Below are positions 56,165 through 64,000 of a stretch of DNA of 64,000 nucleotides, one piece after another. The position numbers and the translations under genes were made by a program. The DNA lies in the IMG/VR virus record IMGVR_UViG_3300046675_000234, positions 17,692-81,691 of that record; one strand, 5' to 3'. How positions within the stretch are numbered: the first letter of the stretch is position 1; the number at the start of each line of letters is the position of its first letter. This stretch comes from a virus. The notes below the pieces were generated by a model. The model worked only from the letters and a program-made list of their open reading frames with translations, did not search any database and was not told the origin of the DNA.

Positions 56165-56887
56165 ATGCGCAAGACCACTCGCGCCCTCGGCTGGCTAGCC
56201 GCTGCGACCATCGCAGCCGGTGTCCCCGCCACGGCGCTAGCATCGAACGCCAGCGCGGCGGTTCGCCACCCGGTCACGGCAGTGACCCACATCTCCAACC
56301 GCGATGACGGCGGCGGCGGCGGCGTCTGGGCGAAGGACTCCTTCACCCGCACCCTGACCGTCAACTACCTGGGCAAGGTCACCCCGGCTCAGATCGCGGC
56401 CAACCCGGCGCTGGCCACCACGCCGTACATCTACAACGCCCAGCTCCAGGACCAGGGCAGCTTCCGGGATCTCCCCGGCCAGCTCACCCCGAACCAGGGC
56501 GGGCACAACGCGGGCCGCGTTCTCAAGCCCGTCCAGGTCTCCGGTCCCATGTCCGGCTTCGGCCAGTTCGGCGTGTTCTACGCCTCGGCCAAGGCCCACA
56601 ACGGGCTGGTCCCCACCGCTCTGCGCGGCGCGATCAACAGCGCCTACCCGTCGAGCACCTGGCCCGAGCTGGCGTTCCCGGCTGGCACCACGTTCAGCGG
56701 TGTCAGCGAGTCCGGCTACGGCTACAACTACCAGGCCGTGCCCTTCACCAAGTACATCGTGAAGGTCGTCAACGGCAAGCGGGTCATCGTGCCCGTGCAC
56801 GGCTTCAAGCAGCACTGGAGCGACAGCGCCTGGAACGGCGATGGCCAGCTCCGTGCCGATGGCAACATCACCGGGCTGAACCACTGA
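56165..56887 (+). CDS. secreted protein
   Basis: MRKTTRALGWLAAATIAAGVPATALASNASA signal peptide. Confidence 0.8.
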   Translation: MRKTTRALGWLAAATIAAGVPATALASNASAAVRHPVTAVTHISNRDDGGGGGVWAKDSFTRTLTVNYLGKVTPAQIAANPALATTPYIYNAQLQDQGSFRDLPGQLTPNQGGHNAGRVLKPVQVSGPMSGFGQFGVFYASAKAHNGLVPTALRGAINSAYPSSTWPELAFPAGTTFSGVSESGYGYNYQAVPFTKYIVKVVNGKRVIVPVHGFKQHWSDSAWNGDGQLRADGNITGLNH

Positions 56888-56921
56888 GCTAGCCCAGCTC
56901 ACGCCCAAGGCTCGCCAGCCG

Positions 56922-57212
56922 CTAGCTGGCGGGCCTTTCGCGTACCGGCGCGGCGGCGGACTTGCAGCCGGTGATCGGGTCCAGGTCTTCGGTGTCCTCG
57001 CCCACCTTGCTCATCGGCTCGGTGGCCGCGTCGATGTACTTCCACATCCCGCGCGGGTTCAGCAGGTCGAGCACCTTGGCGGCGCTCACCATGACGTTCC
57101 TGCCGTGCAGGGCCTGGGCCTGCTCCAGGTCGATCTGCACGCGGGCCACCGCCTCGCGGTACTCGCAGGTGTGCGGCGGCGCGGGCAGGCGGAATCTGGA
57201 GGGTCGGGGCAT
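56922..57212 (-). CDS. hypothetical protein
   Basis: TAGGCT-N7-ATG, possibly leaderless. Confidence 0.6.
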   Translation of the reverse strand: MPRPSRFRLPAPPHTCEYREAVARVQIDLEQAQALHGRNVMVSAAKVLDLLNPRGMWKYIDAATEPMSKVGEDTEDLDPITGCKSAAAPVRERPAS

Positions 57213-57227
57213 GGGGCTCAGCCTAAC

Positions 57228-57500
57228 TCAGCAGCCGGTTACCGACAGGTAGGCACTGGCGGATGCCAGCCCGGCTGGCATCGTGATCACCGTCCCGGCC
57301 ACGACGCAGATCGCGGCCATGTTCGATCCGTTCGACATGACCACCGCCTTCCTGATCACCTGGAAGACGGGCTGGACCCCGGTCACGCTCAGGTCGAGCG
57401 TGTCGCCCGTGTTGATGTTCCGCAGCGCGAAGGCGGCGAACAGGTCGGCACCGCTCTGGTTGTAGAGCACGTCCACGTTCAGGCTGGTCAGGACGGCCAT
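57228..57500 (-). CDS. small tail-associated protein
   Basis: AAGGAG RBS right after the tail fibre gene. Confidence 0.7.
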   Translation of the reverse strand: MAVLTSLNVDVLYNQSGADLFAAFALRNINTGDTLDLSVTGVQPVFQVIRKAVVMSNGSNMAAICVVAGTVITMPAGLASASAYLSVTGC

Positions 57501-57509
57501 GGGATCTCC

Positions 57510-60500
57510 TTAGTGCTGGTACGAGACGGTGAGCTGTGGCATCGAGCCGGTCGAGCCGCCGCCTCCGTAGAAGTAGCCGTACCGGTCGGCGGACAGGTTC
57601 CCGGCCTTCAGCACCGTCCACCGCCCGGCGGTCTTCCACGCCGCCCAGTCCGCCGAGCCGATCGTGTGTGACAGTAGCTGGCCTTCGTTGATGTGCCAGT
57701 TGGTCAGCTCGCCGCTGATGTTGCCCGTGCCGCCCGGCGAGCCGGGGTTGCCGTAGCGCAGGCTGACCGTCATCCCGGAGTTGTACCAGGAGTGCAGGTT
57801 CAGCAGCCGCAGCTTGACGCTGGTCACCGTGTAGTTCAGCACCGTGGACAGGCTGTTGCCCCGGCTGCCGTTCGCCCAGACGATCCAGGAGTGATCATCG
57901 TAGTTGTTCCCCGAGTAGCAGCCCTGGTACATGCTGCCATTGCTGGTTTTCAGCCCGTACTGGTCGTAGGAGTAGGTGTGGCTCGGGTAGAAGGTCTCGG
58001 TGTAGTTCTGGACCGTGGTGCCGCCGCCGGTCCCGGTGCCCAGGGCCACGCCGTTGTTGCTGAACTGCGAGCTGAGGTAGTTGCCCAGATCCTCGATACG
58101 GATCTCCAGCGAGCCCTGGTACTGGAAGGTCCCGGCCTGCACGTTAGCCGTCACCAGCAGCCGGTACAGCGTATCGACCGCGAGGTTGCCGGGGATGTAG
58201 TCCAGCGGCGGGGTCTCGAAGTTCAGGTTGGCGTTGGAGAGTGCCAGGACCGACTGCCGCAGCACGGTGGACGACGTGCCCGGCGTGCTGCCATCGGTGG
58301 TAGCCCGGAGCTGCATCACGTACTGGGTGGCCGCATTGGTCGGGATGAAGTTGGTCGGCACGACGGAGAACCGGTAGCCGCGCCCGGCGGTGAGCGTCTG
58401 GTCCAGCTCCAGGATGGAGGTGTTCGTGGTCCCGACCGGCGTTGACGGCCATGGCCCGCCGGGGGTCCAGCCACGGGCGACCACGCCCAGGGCGAAGTTC
58501 GGCAGGATGTCATTGGCCACCGACTGGCCCTGGAGCAGCAGGTCACTGACGCCCGAGACGATCTGCCCGGTGATGTTGCCCTGCCCGTCGATGTTGGCGA
58601 GCTTGTTGCCCAGGTACGGGTCGGTGATCCCGAACACGTCGGTGAGCTGCGGCAGGCCGACGAAATTGATGCCCTGCGGGATCGGGTTGCTCAGCGCGTC
58701 CGTGGTGGCAATCGGGCTGTTGGAGTAGGCCAGCCCGCCGGGCACGGATTGCCCGTCCACCAGAAACCACTGGCCAGCCGTATCGGCCTGGCGCTCCATC
58801 ACGTAGAAGGTCGCGCTCTGCGCGGTCGGCGGCACAAACGAGTTGTAGATGACCCACGACGCGAACTGGTTAAACGCAATGACACCAGGCGTGATGAACG
58901 AGTTGCCCAGGTTGGTGCCCGTGCCGTTCGGCCCGGACCAGTAGGTGAAGCCGATCTCGACCGCGTTCAGCGCGATGTTCAGCGTGCCGATCACGATGCG
59001 GCTAGCGATGTAGGTGCCGGGCTGCACCGGGAACGGAGGGTAGGCGATACCCCACGACGTGGCCGTGCCCACCTTGGTGACCCTGGCGCTGAACGTGCCG
59101 TTGTCGGCCCACAGCGTGGACGCGGACAGGCTGGCGGCGGTCGATGTGGGAGCGGTGCTCAGCGGCGACAGCGAGGCGTCCTTGTAGCCGAGCAGCACGC
59201 CAGCCCACGCAGCCGAGGTGATGGTGGCCGAAGCGGTGACCGAACCGGAACCGGGGATGTTGGTGGAGTACCAGACCTGCGTCCACTGCTGCCCGGAGAC
59301 GTTGTTCGAGATGGCCTGCTGCCAGCCGTCCGGCACGGTACCGGCCCCGCCAGCCGTGGCCCACGAGGCGATGAACAGCAGCGAGTCCCCGTAGAAGCCC
59401 GGCGTACCGGTTACGCTCGGCGCGGTGCTGGTGCCGGTGGCCTGCGCGCTGAAGTCGAGCGGGGTCACGGTCGGCACGAACGCGGTGCCCAGCGCGATGA
59501 TGTTCTTCTGCTGCGTATTCGATGCGGCGTAAGCCACCGTGATCGTGTCGCTGGTGCTCAGCGCGTTGGCGTTGACCGCCTGGAAGACCTGCTGGTACGG
59601 CGCGACCGTGGTGTTGCTCTGCACCAGCGTGTACGTGTTGCCCTGGGAGTCGGTGACGCCGGTCGCGGCGGTCGTGCCAGCCGCCGAGGCCACCACGGTG
59701 ATCGCCCAGCCCTGCTGGGTGGCCTGGCCGACCCCGGTCAGGTAGGACCCGAACGCGGAGGCCGAGTTGGAGCTGAACAGCACCGCTGGCGCGGACGGCG
59801 GCTCAAAGTCGGTGATGGCCGGGGCAGTCTGCGAGGCGTAGATGGCCTGGGTGCCGGTGGGGGTCAGCTCCATCAGCAGGTGACCGGTCTGGTCGTACCA
59901 GAAGATCGTGCCGTCCGGGCCGATCTTGAAGACCACAGTCCCGGCCGCGTTGGTGATCGAGATCGAGCCGTCCGGGTTGATCGAGGTGCGCGGGTTGGTG
60001 GCGCTGTTCTGGATCGTCGTGCCGGTGACCACCGTGCCGTCCACGATGTTCGCCACCACGATGCCGGTCTGGAGCAGGCTGGCGGTGATCGTGCCCGCCT
60101 GGATCTGGGTCGCGGTGATCGTCCCGGCCAGGATCTGCGCGGCGGTGACCGCGCCCGCCGCGATCAGCGGCGTGGTGATCGCCCCGGCTGCCAGCGCCTG
60201 GGTGCCGTACTGGTAGGCGGTCCAGGTGGTCCCGTTCCACTGGGTGAGCTGGCCCCCGGCGGCGGTGTTGAACCACAGGTCGTTGACCTGCGGGCTGACC
60301 GGGGCCGAGCCGCCGACGCTGACCGTGGTGCCCCCGGCGGTGAAGCTCAGCAAGCCGGGCGTGATCGAGCCGGGGGTGAGCGTCTGGGCCGTGGACAGCG
60401 GCTGCCCGGAGGACTGCGCGGACGGCGGCGAGCTGGTGCGCGAGCGGTTGACGCCGACCAGCACCGCGTAATAGACCACGCTCGGGTCCAGCCCGGCCAC

Positions 60501-60923
60501 GGTAACCACGCCACCGGCCTGCATGGTCCGCTTCAGCGTGGTGCTGTCCGGGACAAAGGCGGACACCGTGCTGACGTGCACCTCGGTCCACAGGAAGTCG
60601 GCCAGCGGCGCGGTACCGCCCAGCAGCCCGTCCCAGCCGACGATCAGCCCGCCGATCTGCGCGGCCACGATAGGCACGCTCGGCGTCAGCGGCGGATTCG
60701 CGCCGACCTCGACTATGGTCACGGTGCCGTCCGGCTGGCTGCCGATGACCTGCCGGGTGTTGCCCTGGTCATCGTTGACCAGCAGCGCGCCGCCGTCGAT
60801 CGAGCTGTTGGCCAGGTTGTAGCTGGACCGCTGGCTGCGTTCGAGCTGCTGGATGCGGGCCTGCATCTGCTTGATCTGCTCACCGAGCTGGCTGACCGCC
60901 GGGCTGTACCCGTTCACTGTCAT
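57510..60923 (-). CDS. tail fibre/receptor-binding minor tail protein
   Basis: N-terminal coiled coil, FN3-like region, AGxIT repeats, T/S/G-rich beta domains. Confidence 0.85.
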   Translation of the reverse strand: MTVNGYSPAVSQLGEQIKQMQARIQQLERSQRSSYNLANSSIDGGALLVNDDQGNTRQVIGSQPDGTVTIVEVGANPPLTPSVPIVAAQIGGLIVGWDGLLGGTAPLADFLWTEVHVSTVSAFVPDSTTLKRTMQAGGVVTVAGLDPSVVYYAVLVGVNRSRTSSPPSAQSSGQPLSTAQTLTPGSITPGLLSFTAGGTTVSVGGSAPVSPQVNDLWFNTAAGGQLTQWNGTTWTAYQYGTQALAAGAITTPLIAAGAVTAAQILAGTITATQIQAGTITASLLQTGIVVANIVDGTVVTGTTIQNSATNPRTSINPDGSISITNAAGTVVFKIGPDGTIFWYDQTGHLLMELTPTGTQAIYASQTAPAITDFEPPSAPAVLFSSNSASAFGSYLTGVGQATQQGWAITVVASAAGTTAATGVTDSQGNTYTLVQSNTTVAPYQQVFQAVNANALSTSDTITVAYAASNTQQKNIIALGTAFVPTVTPLDFSAQATGTSTAPSVTGTPGFYGDSLLFIASWATAGGAGTVPDGWQQAISNNVSGQQWTQVWYSTNIPGSGSVTASATITSAAWAGVLLGYKDASLSPLSTAPTSTAASLSASTLWADNGTFSARVTKVGTATSWGIAYPPFPVQPGTYIASRIVIGTLNIALNAVEIGFTYWSGPNGTGTNLGNSFITPGVIAFNQFASWVIYNSFVPPTAQSATFYVMERQADTAGQWFLVDGQSVPGGLAYSNSPIATTDALSNPIPQGINFVGLPQLTDVFGITDPYLGNKLANIDGQGNITGQIVSGVSDLLLQGQSVANDILPNFALGVVARGWTPGGPWPSTPVGTTNTSILELDQTLTAGRGYRFSVVPTNFIPTNAATQYVMQLRATTDGSTPGTSSTVLRQSVLALSNANLNFETPPLDYIPGNLAVDTLYRLLVTANVQAGTFQYQGSLEIRIEDLGNYLSSQFSNNGVALGTGTGGGTTVQNYTETFYPSHTYSYDQYGLKTSNGSMYQGCYSGNNYDDHSWIVWANGSRGNSLSTVLNYTVTSVKLRLLNLHSWYNSGMTVSLRYGNPGSPGGTGNISGELTNWHINEGQLLSHTIGSADWAAWKTAGRWTVLKAGNLSADRYGYFYGGGGSTGSMPQLTVSYQH

Positions 60924-62719
60924 AGCGTCCCTGCCTGCCCTGTCTCGGCCTGGTAGGTGAAGCTGTCCGACCGGGCCAGCGCCAGCGTCATCAGGTCGGT
61001 GGTGGGGTCCTGGGTCATCGAGATGATCCGGCTCCAGATCACCGTGTTCCGCCAGCCGCTGGCGAGCATCACCGGGATGTCGTCACCGGGACTGAAGCTC
61101 CCGAACGGCGCGTTGGGGTGGTTCTTGACCACGATCTGGCTCACCGTGTCGATGTTCTCCATCGCCTTGAGTACCTTGGTGGCCTTGACCGCCAGCCGGG
61201 CCGTGGTGTAGATCGTCTGGTCGGAGTAGACGGCACTGCGCCGCAGCCGCCCGGTGTTCGTGTTGACCGCCTGGGTACGGATCTGCGCCGAGCCCTGGCC
61301 CGCGCCGAGCCCGATGATGTCGTTGGCGTACTTGGACCCGTCACGGCTCACTGACGCCGCCTGGATGATGTTCTCGCCTTCAGCGAACCGCAGGCCGGTC
61401 AGCCGCCCGCCGAGCCGGGGGACGCCGAAGTTGAGCTGGTGCCGGATCGTGCCCTTGGTCCTGTCCGCCCAGTAGTGCCGCTCGCGCCAGTCCATGAGGG
61501 CTTCCTGGGCGATGGAGCTGATCTCGGACCCGCAGTCGGTGCTGTTGTACCAGAGCATCTGCCATGGGGTCACGGTACGGACCTGGACCACCTGGATGCC
61601 CTTGCCGTATGCCTTGCGGGTATTCGTGGTCAGCGTGATCTGGCCGAAGGTACCGGTCACCACCTGGTTGATGGTGTACATATCGCCGCCGATCAGGATG
61701 CTCTCCCCGTTGGCGTAGGCCATGCTGTCCGTCAGCCAGACGTTGTTCGCCCCGGACGCGGCGGGACGGGACAGCGTGGTGTAGACCGGCGAGGTCTGGG
61801 CTACCGGGTCGCCCGCGTTGTGCGGCTCGCCCAGGCCCGTGGTCAGCTTGACCTGGCCGGTGGGCACGCCTCCGGTGCTCAGCACGATCGAGCTGATGGT
61901 GTACGGGTAGCCCGCGACGGAGATGGTCTCCTTGGCAGTGAACAGCGGGGCGCTGGCGATCCAGATGCTGGTGTCCCCGGCGTTCGCCTTCTTGGTGGTG
62001 ACGGTCTGCGCGCCGGGCGGTATCTGAGCGCCGATCAGGTAACCGGCCTTGGCCGAGCCCAGCTCCAGGCCGATGTTCCCGCCGGGCTGGGATTGTATCC
62101 AGTCCCAGATCAGCCGCACCGCGTCCAGGGCGTCGATGTTGGTCCGGGTGACGTTCGGCCCCTCGTAGATGATGCCGTTGGCGTACCCGGCGAAGCCGGT
62201 GGCGGTCATCTGCCACTGCGGCCCGGATATCTGCGAGCTGGTGACGATGCCGCCGAACTTCACCTCGTCGGCTTCCTCCAGGTAGACCGCATCGCGCCAC
62301 TCCAGCAGCAGCGCGTTCCCGCTGGCGTCCATCATGTCGGGCCTGGGCGGGGCCAGGGCGCAGGTGAAGGTATCGGCCGCGTTCAGCGCCCAGGTGATGG
62401 AAGGGTTGAGCACGCCCTGCACGTCGCGGTGCCACCAGGCCCCGGTCAGCAAGTTCTGGACGTGCATCCGGGGCATCTGGCTGCGGATGAAGGCCGGGCT
62501 GGCGGGCCGGATCGCGGTGCCGGGCACCTGCGCGGGAGCTGAGCCGATCCGCACCGACAGGGTGTCCACCGCGCCCGCCGTCTCGGGCAGGGCTGGCGAG
62601 ACGCTGATGCTGACGGCCAGGTCTTCGGTGGCAGCCCCGGTATCGGCCTCGGGCACGGCGGTGCTGACGGCAACCTTATCGGTCGCGCCTGCCCTGTCCG
62701 GGAGCTGCGGTGTGGTCAT
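60920..62719 (-). CDS. minor tail protein (ReqiPepy6 gp37-like) with duplicated insertion
   Basis: FGGIV..GFAGY..RFAEGENI..N.IIGLGAGQG..GDDIPV..RIISM; TGATG start. Confidence 0.8.
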   Translation of the reverse strand: MTTPQLPDRAGATDKVAVSTAVPEADTGAATEDLAVSISVSPALPETAGAVDTLSVRIGSAPAQVPGTAIRPASPAFIRSQMPRMHVQNLLTGAWWHRDVQGVLNPSITWALNAADTFTCALAPPRPDMMDASGNALLLEWRDAVYLEEADEVKFGGIVTSSQISGPQWQMTATGFAGYANGIIYEGPNVTRTNIDALDAVRLIWDWIQSQPGGNIGLELGSAKAGYLIGAQIPPGAQTVTTKKANAGDTSIWIASAPLFTAKETISVAGYPYTISSIVLSTGGVPTGQVKLTTGLGEPHNAGDPVAQTSPVYTTLSRPAASGANNVWLTDSMAYANGESILIGGDMYTINQVVTGTFGQITLTTNTRKAYGKGIQVVQVRTVTPWQMLWYNSTDCGSEISSIAQEALMDWRERHYWADRTKGTIRHQLNFGVPRLGGRLTGLRFAEGENIIQAASVSRDGSKYANDIIGLGAGQGSAQIRTQAVNTNTGRLRRSAVYSDQTIYTTARLAVKATKVLKAMENIDTVSQIVVKNHPNAPFGSFSPGDDIPVMLASGWRNTVIWSRIISMTQDPTTDLMTLALARSDSFTYQAETGQAGTL

Positions 62720-64000
62720 CAGTAGACCGTCAGGACCCCGACGAACTTCTTCGGTGCCTCGGGCGTGCCGAGCACCTCGCCCCAGACGTCGTACTTGCCA
62801 GCCGTCAGCGTGGGTCCGCTGGTGCCCGGCCCGACGATGCACTGCTCCACGTAGCCCTTGCCGGTGCCGCCCGCGAGCCAGGCCCCGGTGTACCAGGTGC
62901 CTGCTGCTGCCGGGTGAGCCGGATCACCCGAACTGACCGGCAGCGCGTACTGGCAGGTCAGCGGAGTAAGGGTCGGGTCGATCGTGGTGCCGTCCAGGTC
63001 CGATGTCCACCGGATGTTGACGAACTCCGGGCTGGTTGATGAGATCGGGCTGAATGTCTGCAAGGTAGCCTCCCACCTGCCCGGCTCGGGCTGGGCTGTC
63101 CATCGCGTGCGGCCCATCTGCGCCCTCCACCTGGCTTGCTCAGGTTCTGTGTCCCATCGTGCCTCGTCAGGCTCCGCGAGCCAACGTGCGCCGCCCTGCT
63201 CAGCTTCCCAGCGCTGCTTCTCCAGGACGGCCAGCCACCTGGCTGGCTCCCCGTACGCGGCCCAGGCGACCGTGCCGGTACGCGCCTCGGAGCTGATGAC
63301 CGCGAACCGGTCAGTGGCGCTGGCAGTGTCTGAGAAGGCCACAGCCGCCGCGAGGGTCAGTGCCTCGCCCGCCGCCGCGCGGTCGGCCAGCGGCACGCTC
63401 ACGACCACCGAGATGGCATCACGGGCTGCCGCGATATCGGCCTGCGGCACGGACTGGCTGATGACCACGGACAGGGCCTCGACCGCGCCCGCGCCCTCGG
63501 CTAGGCTGAGCCCGGCGGTCACGCCCAGCGAGTCAGCCGCCCCGGCAATTTCCGCCAGCGGGGACGTAGCGCTGACCACCAGCGCGTCAGCCGACGCCGC
63601 CGCGTCCGCTGGCTGCGCCGTGACCGCCGCCGTGAGCTGGTCGGCTCCCCCCGCGACGTCGGCCAGGCTCACGGCCTGGCCGCCGACCACCACGGAGATC
63701 GAGTCGGCTGCGCCAGCCGCGTCCGTTACGCTCGCAGCAGCGGTCACGGCAAGCTGATCTGCTGCCCCGGCTGCGTCCGCGACGGGCACGGACGCTGTGA
63801 CCGCTACCTGGTCCCTGGCTCCCGCCACGTCGGGCAGGGCAGCCAGCGCCCCGACTTGCACCGAGATCGCATCGACCGCCCCGGCGGCCTCCGGTAGGCT
63901 GGCTGCGGCGGTCACGCCCAGCGCTTCGGCTGACGCTCCAGCCTCAGTCAGGGGGACGCTGGCCGTGACCGCTATCTGGTCAGACCCGGCCGCAACGTCA
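62719..64000 (-). CDS. repeat-rich tail protein (5' end outside window)
   Basis: ~17-aa xxDxAGAxDxLxV repeats, RW repeats, C-terminal Ig-like domain. Confidence 0.8.
   Translation of the reverse strand, partial: DVAAGSDQIAVTASVPLTEAGASAEALGVTAAASLPEAAGAVDAISVQVGALAALPDVAGARDQVAVTASVPVADAAGAADQLAVTAAASVTDAAGAADSISVVVGGQAVSLADVAGGADQLTAAVTAQPADAAASADALVVSATSPLAEIAGAADSLGVTAGLSLAEGAGAVEALSVVISQSVPQADIAAARDAISVVVSVPLADRAAAGEALTLAAAVAFSDTASATDRFAVISSEARTGTVAWAAYGEPARWLAVLEKQRWEAEQGGARWLAEPDEARWDTEPEQARWRAQMGRTRWTAQPEPGRWEATLQTFSPISSTSPEFVNIRWTSDLDGTTIDPTLTPLTCQYALPVSSGDPAHPAAAGTWYTGAWLAGGTGKGYVEQCIVGPGTSGPTLTAGKYDVWGEVLGTPEAPKKFVGVLTVY

Overview
High-GC actinobacterial tailed-phage (siphovirus-like) genome segment. 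No integrase, tRNA or CRISPR array was seen. Minus strand 1-13 kb is the packaging/head module: terS-like, terL, DUF935-type portal and MuF, then a cluster of unusual modular putative internal head polyproteins. Minus strand 13-33 kb holds secreted cell-wall enzymes (Rpf-like, NlpC/P60), a lysis cassette, many small genes, an iteron origin, a helicase-like ATPase and a Prim-Pol. Plus strand 33-57 kb holds HTH, Toprim and HicA-like genes, PolA, RuvC-like, Lsr2, SNF2, exonuclease, Sak4, SSB, vWA, DUF932 and small early genes. Minus strand 57-64 kb holds tail genes. Main highlights: (1) head polyproteins segmented by A/S-x-E-L putative protease sites and a repeated F-(N/D)-P-x-x-x-R-D-x-x-G-R-W tag, two of them joined by a probable -1 frameshift; (2) eight GGAA(T/G)-N18-GTT promoters of the SigR/SigH stress-sigma type, overlaid by a GTGTTTACAC operator that also abuts sigma-A-type -10 boxes; (3) a start-associated AACGATG(AGG) motif; (4) a ~290-nt four-stem candidate ncRNA. 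All family assignments are by motif recognition, not database search.
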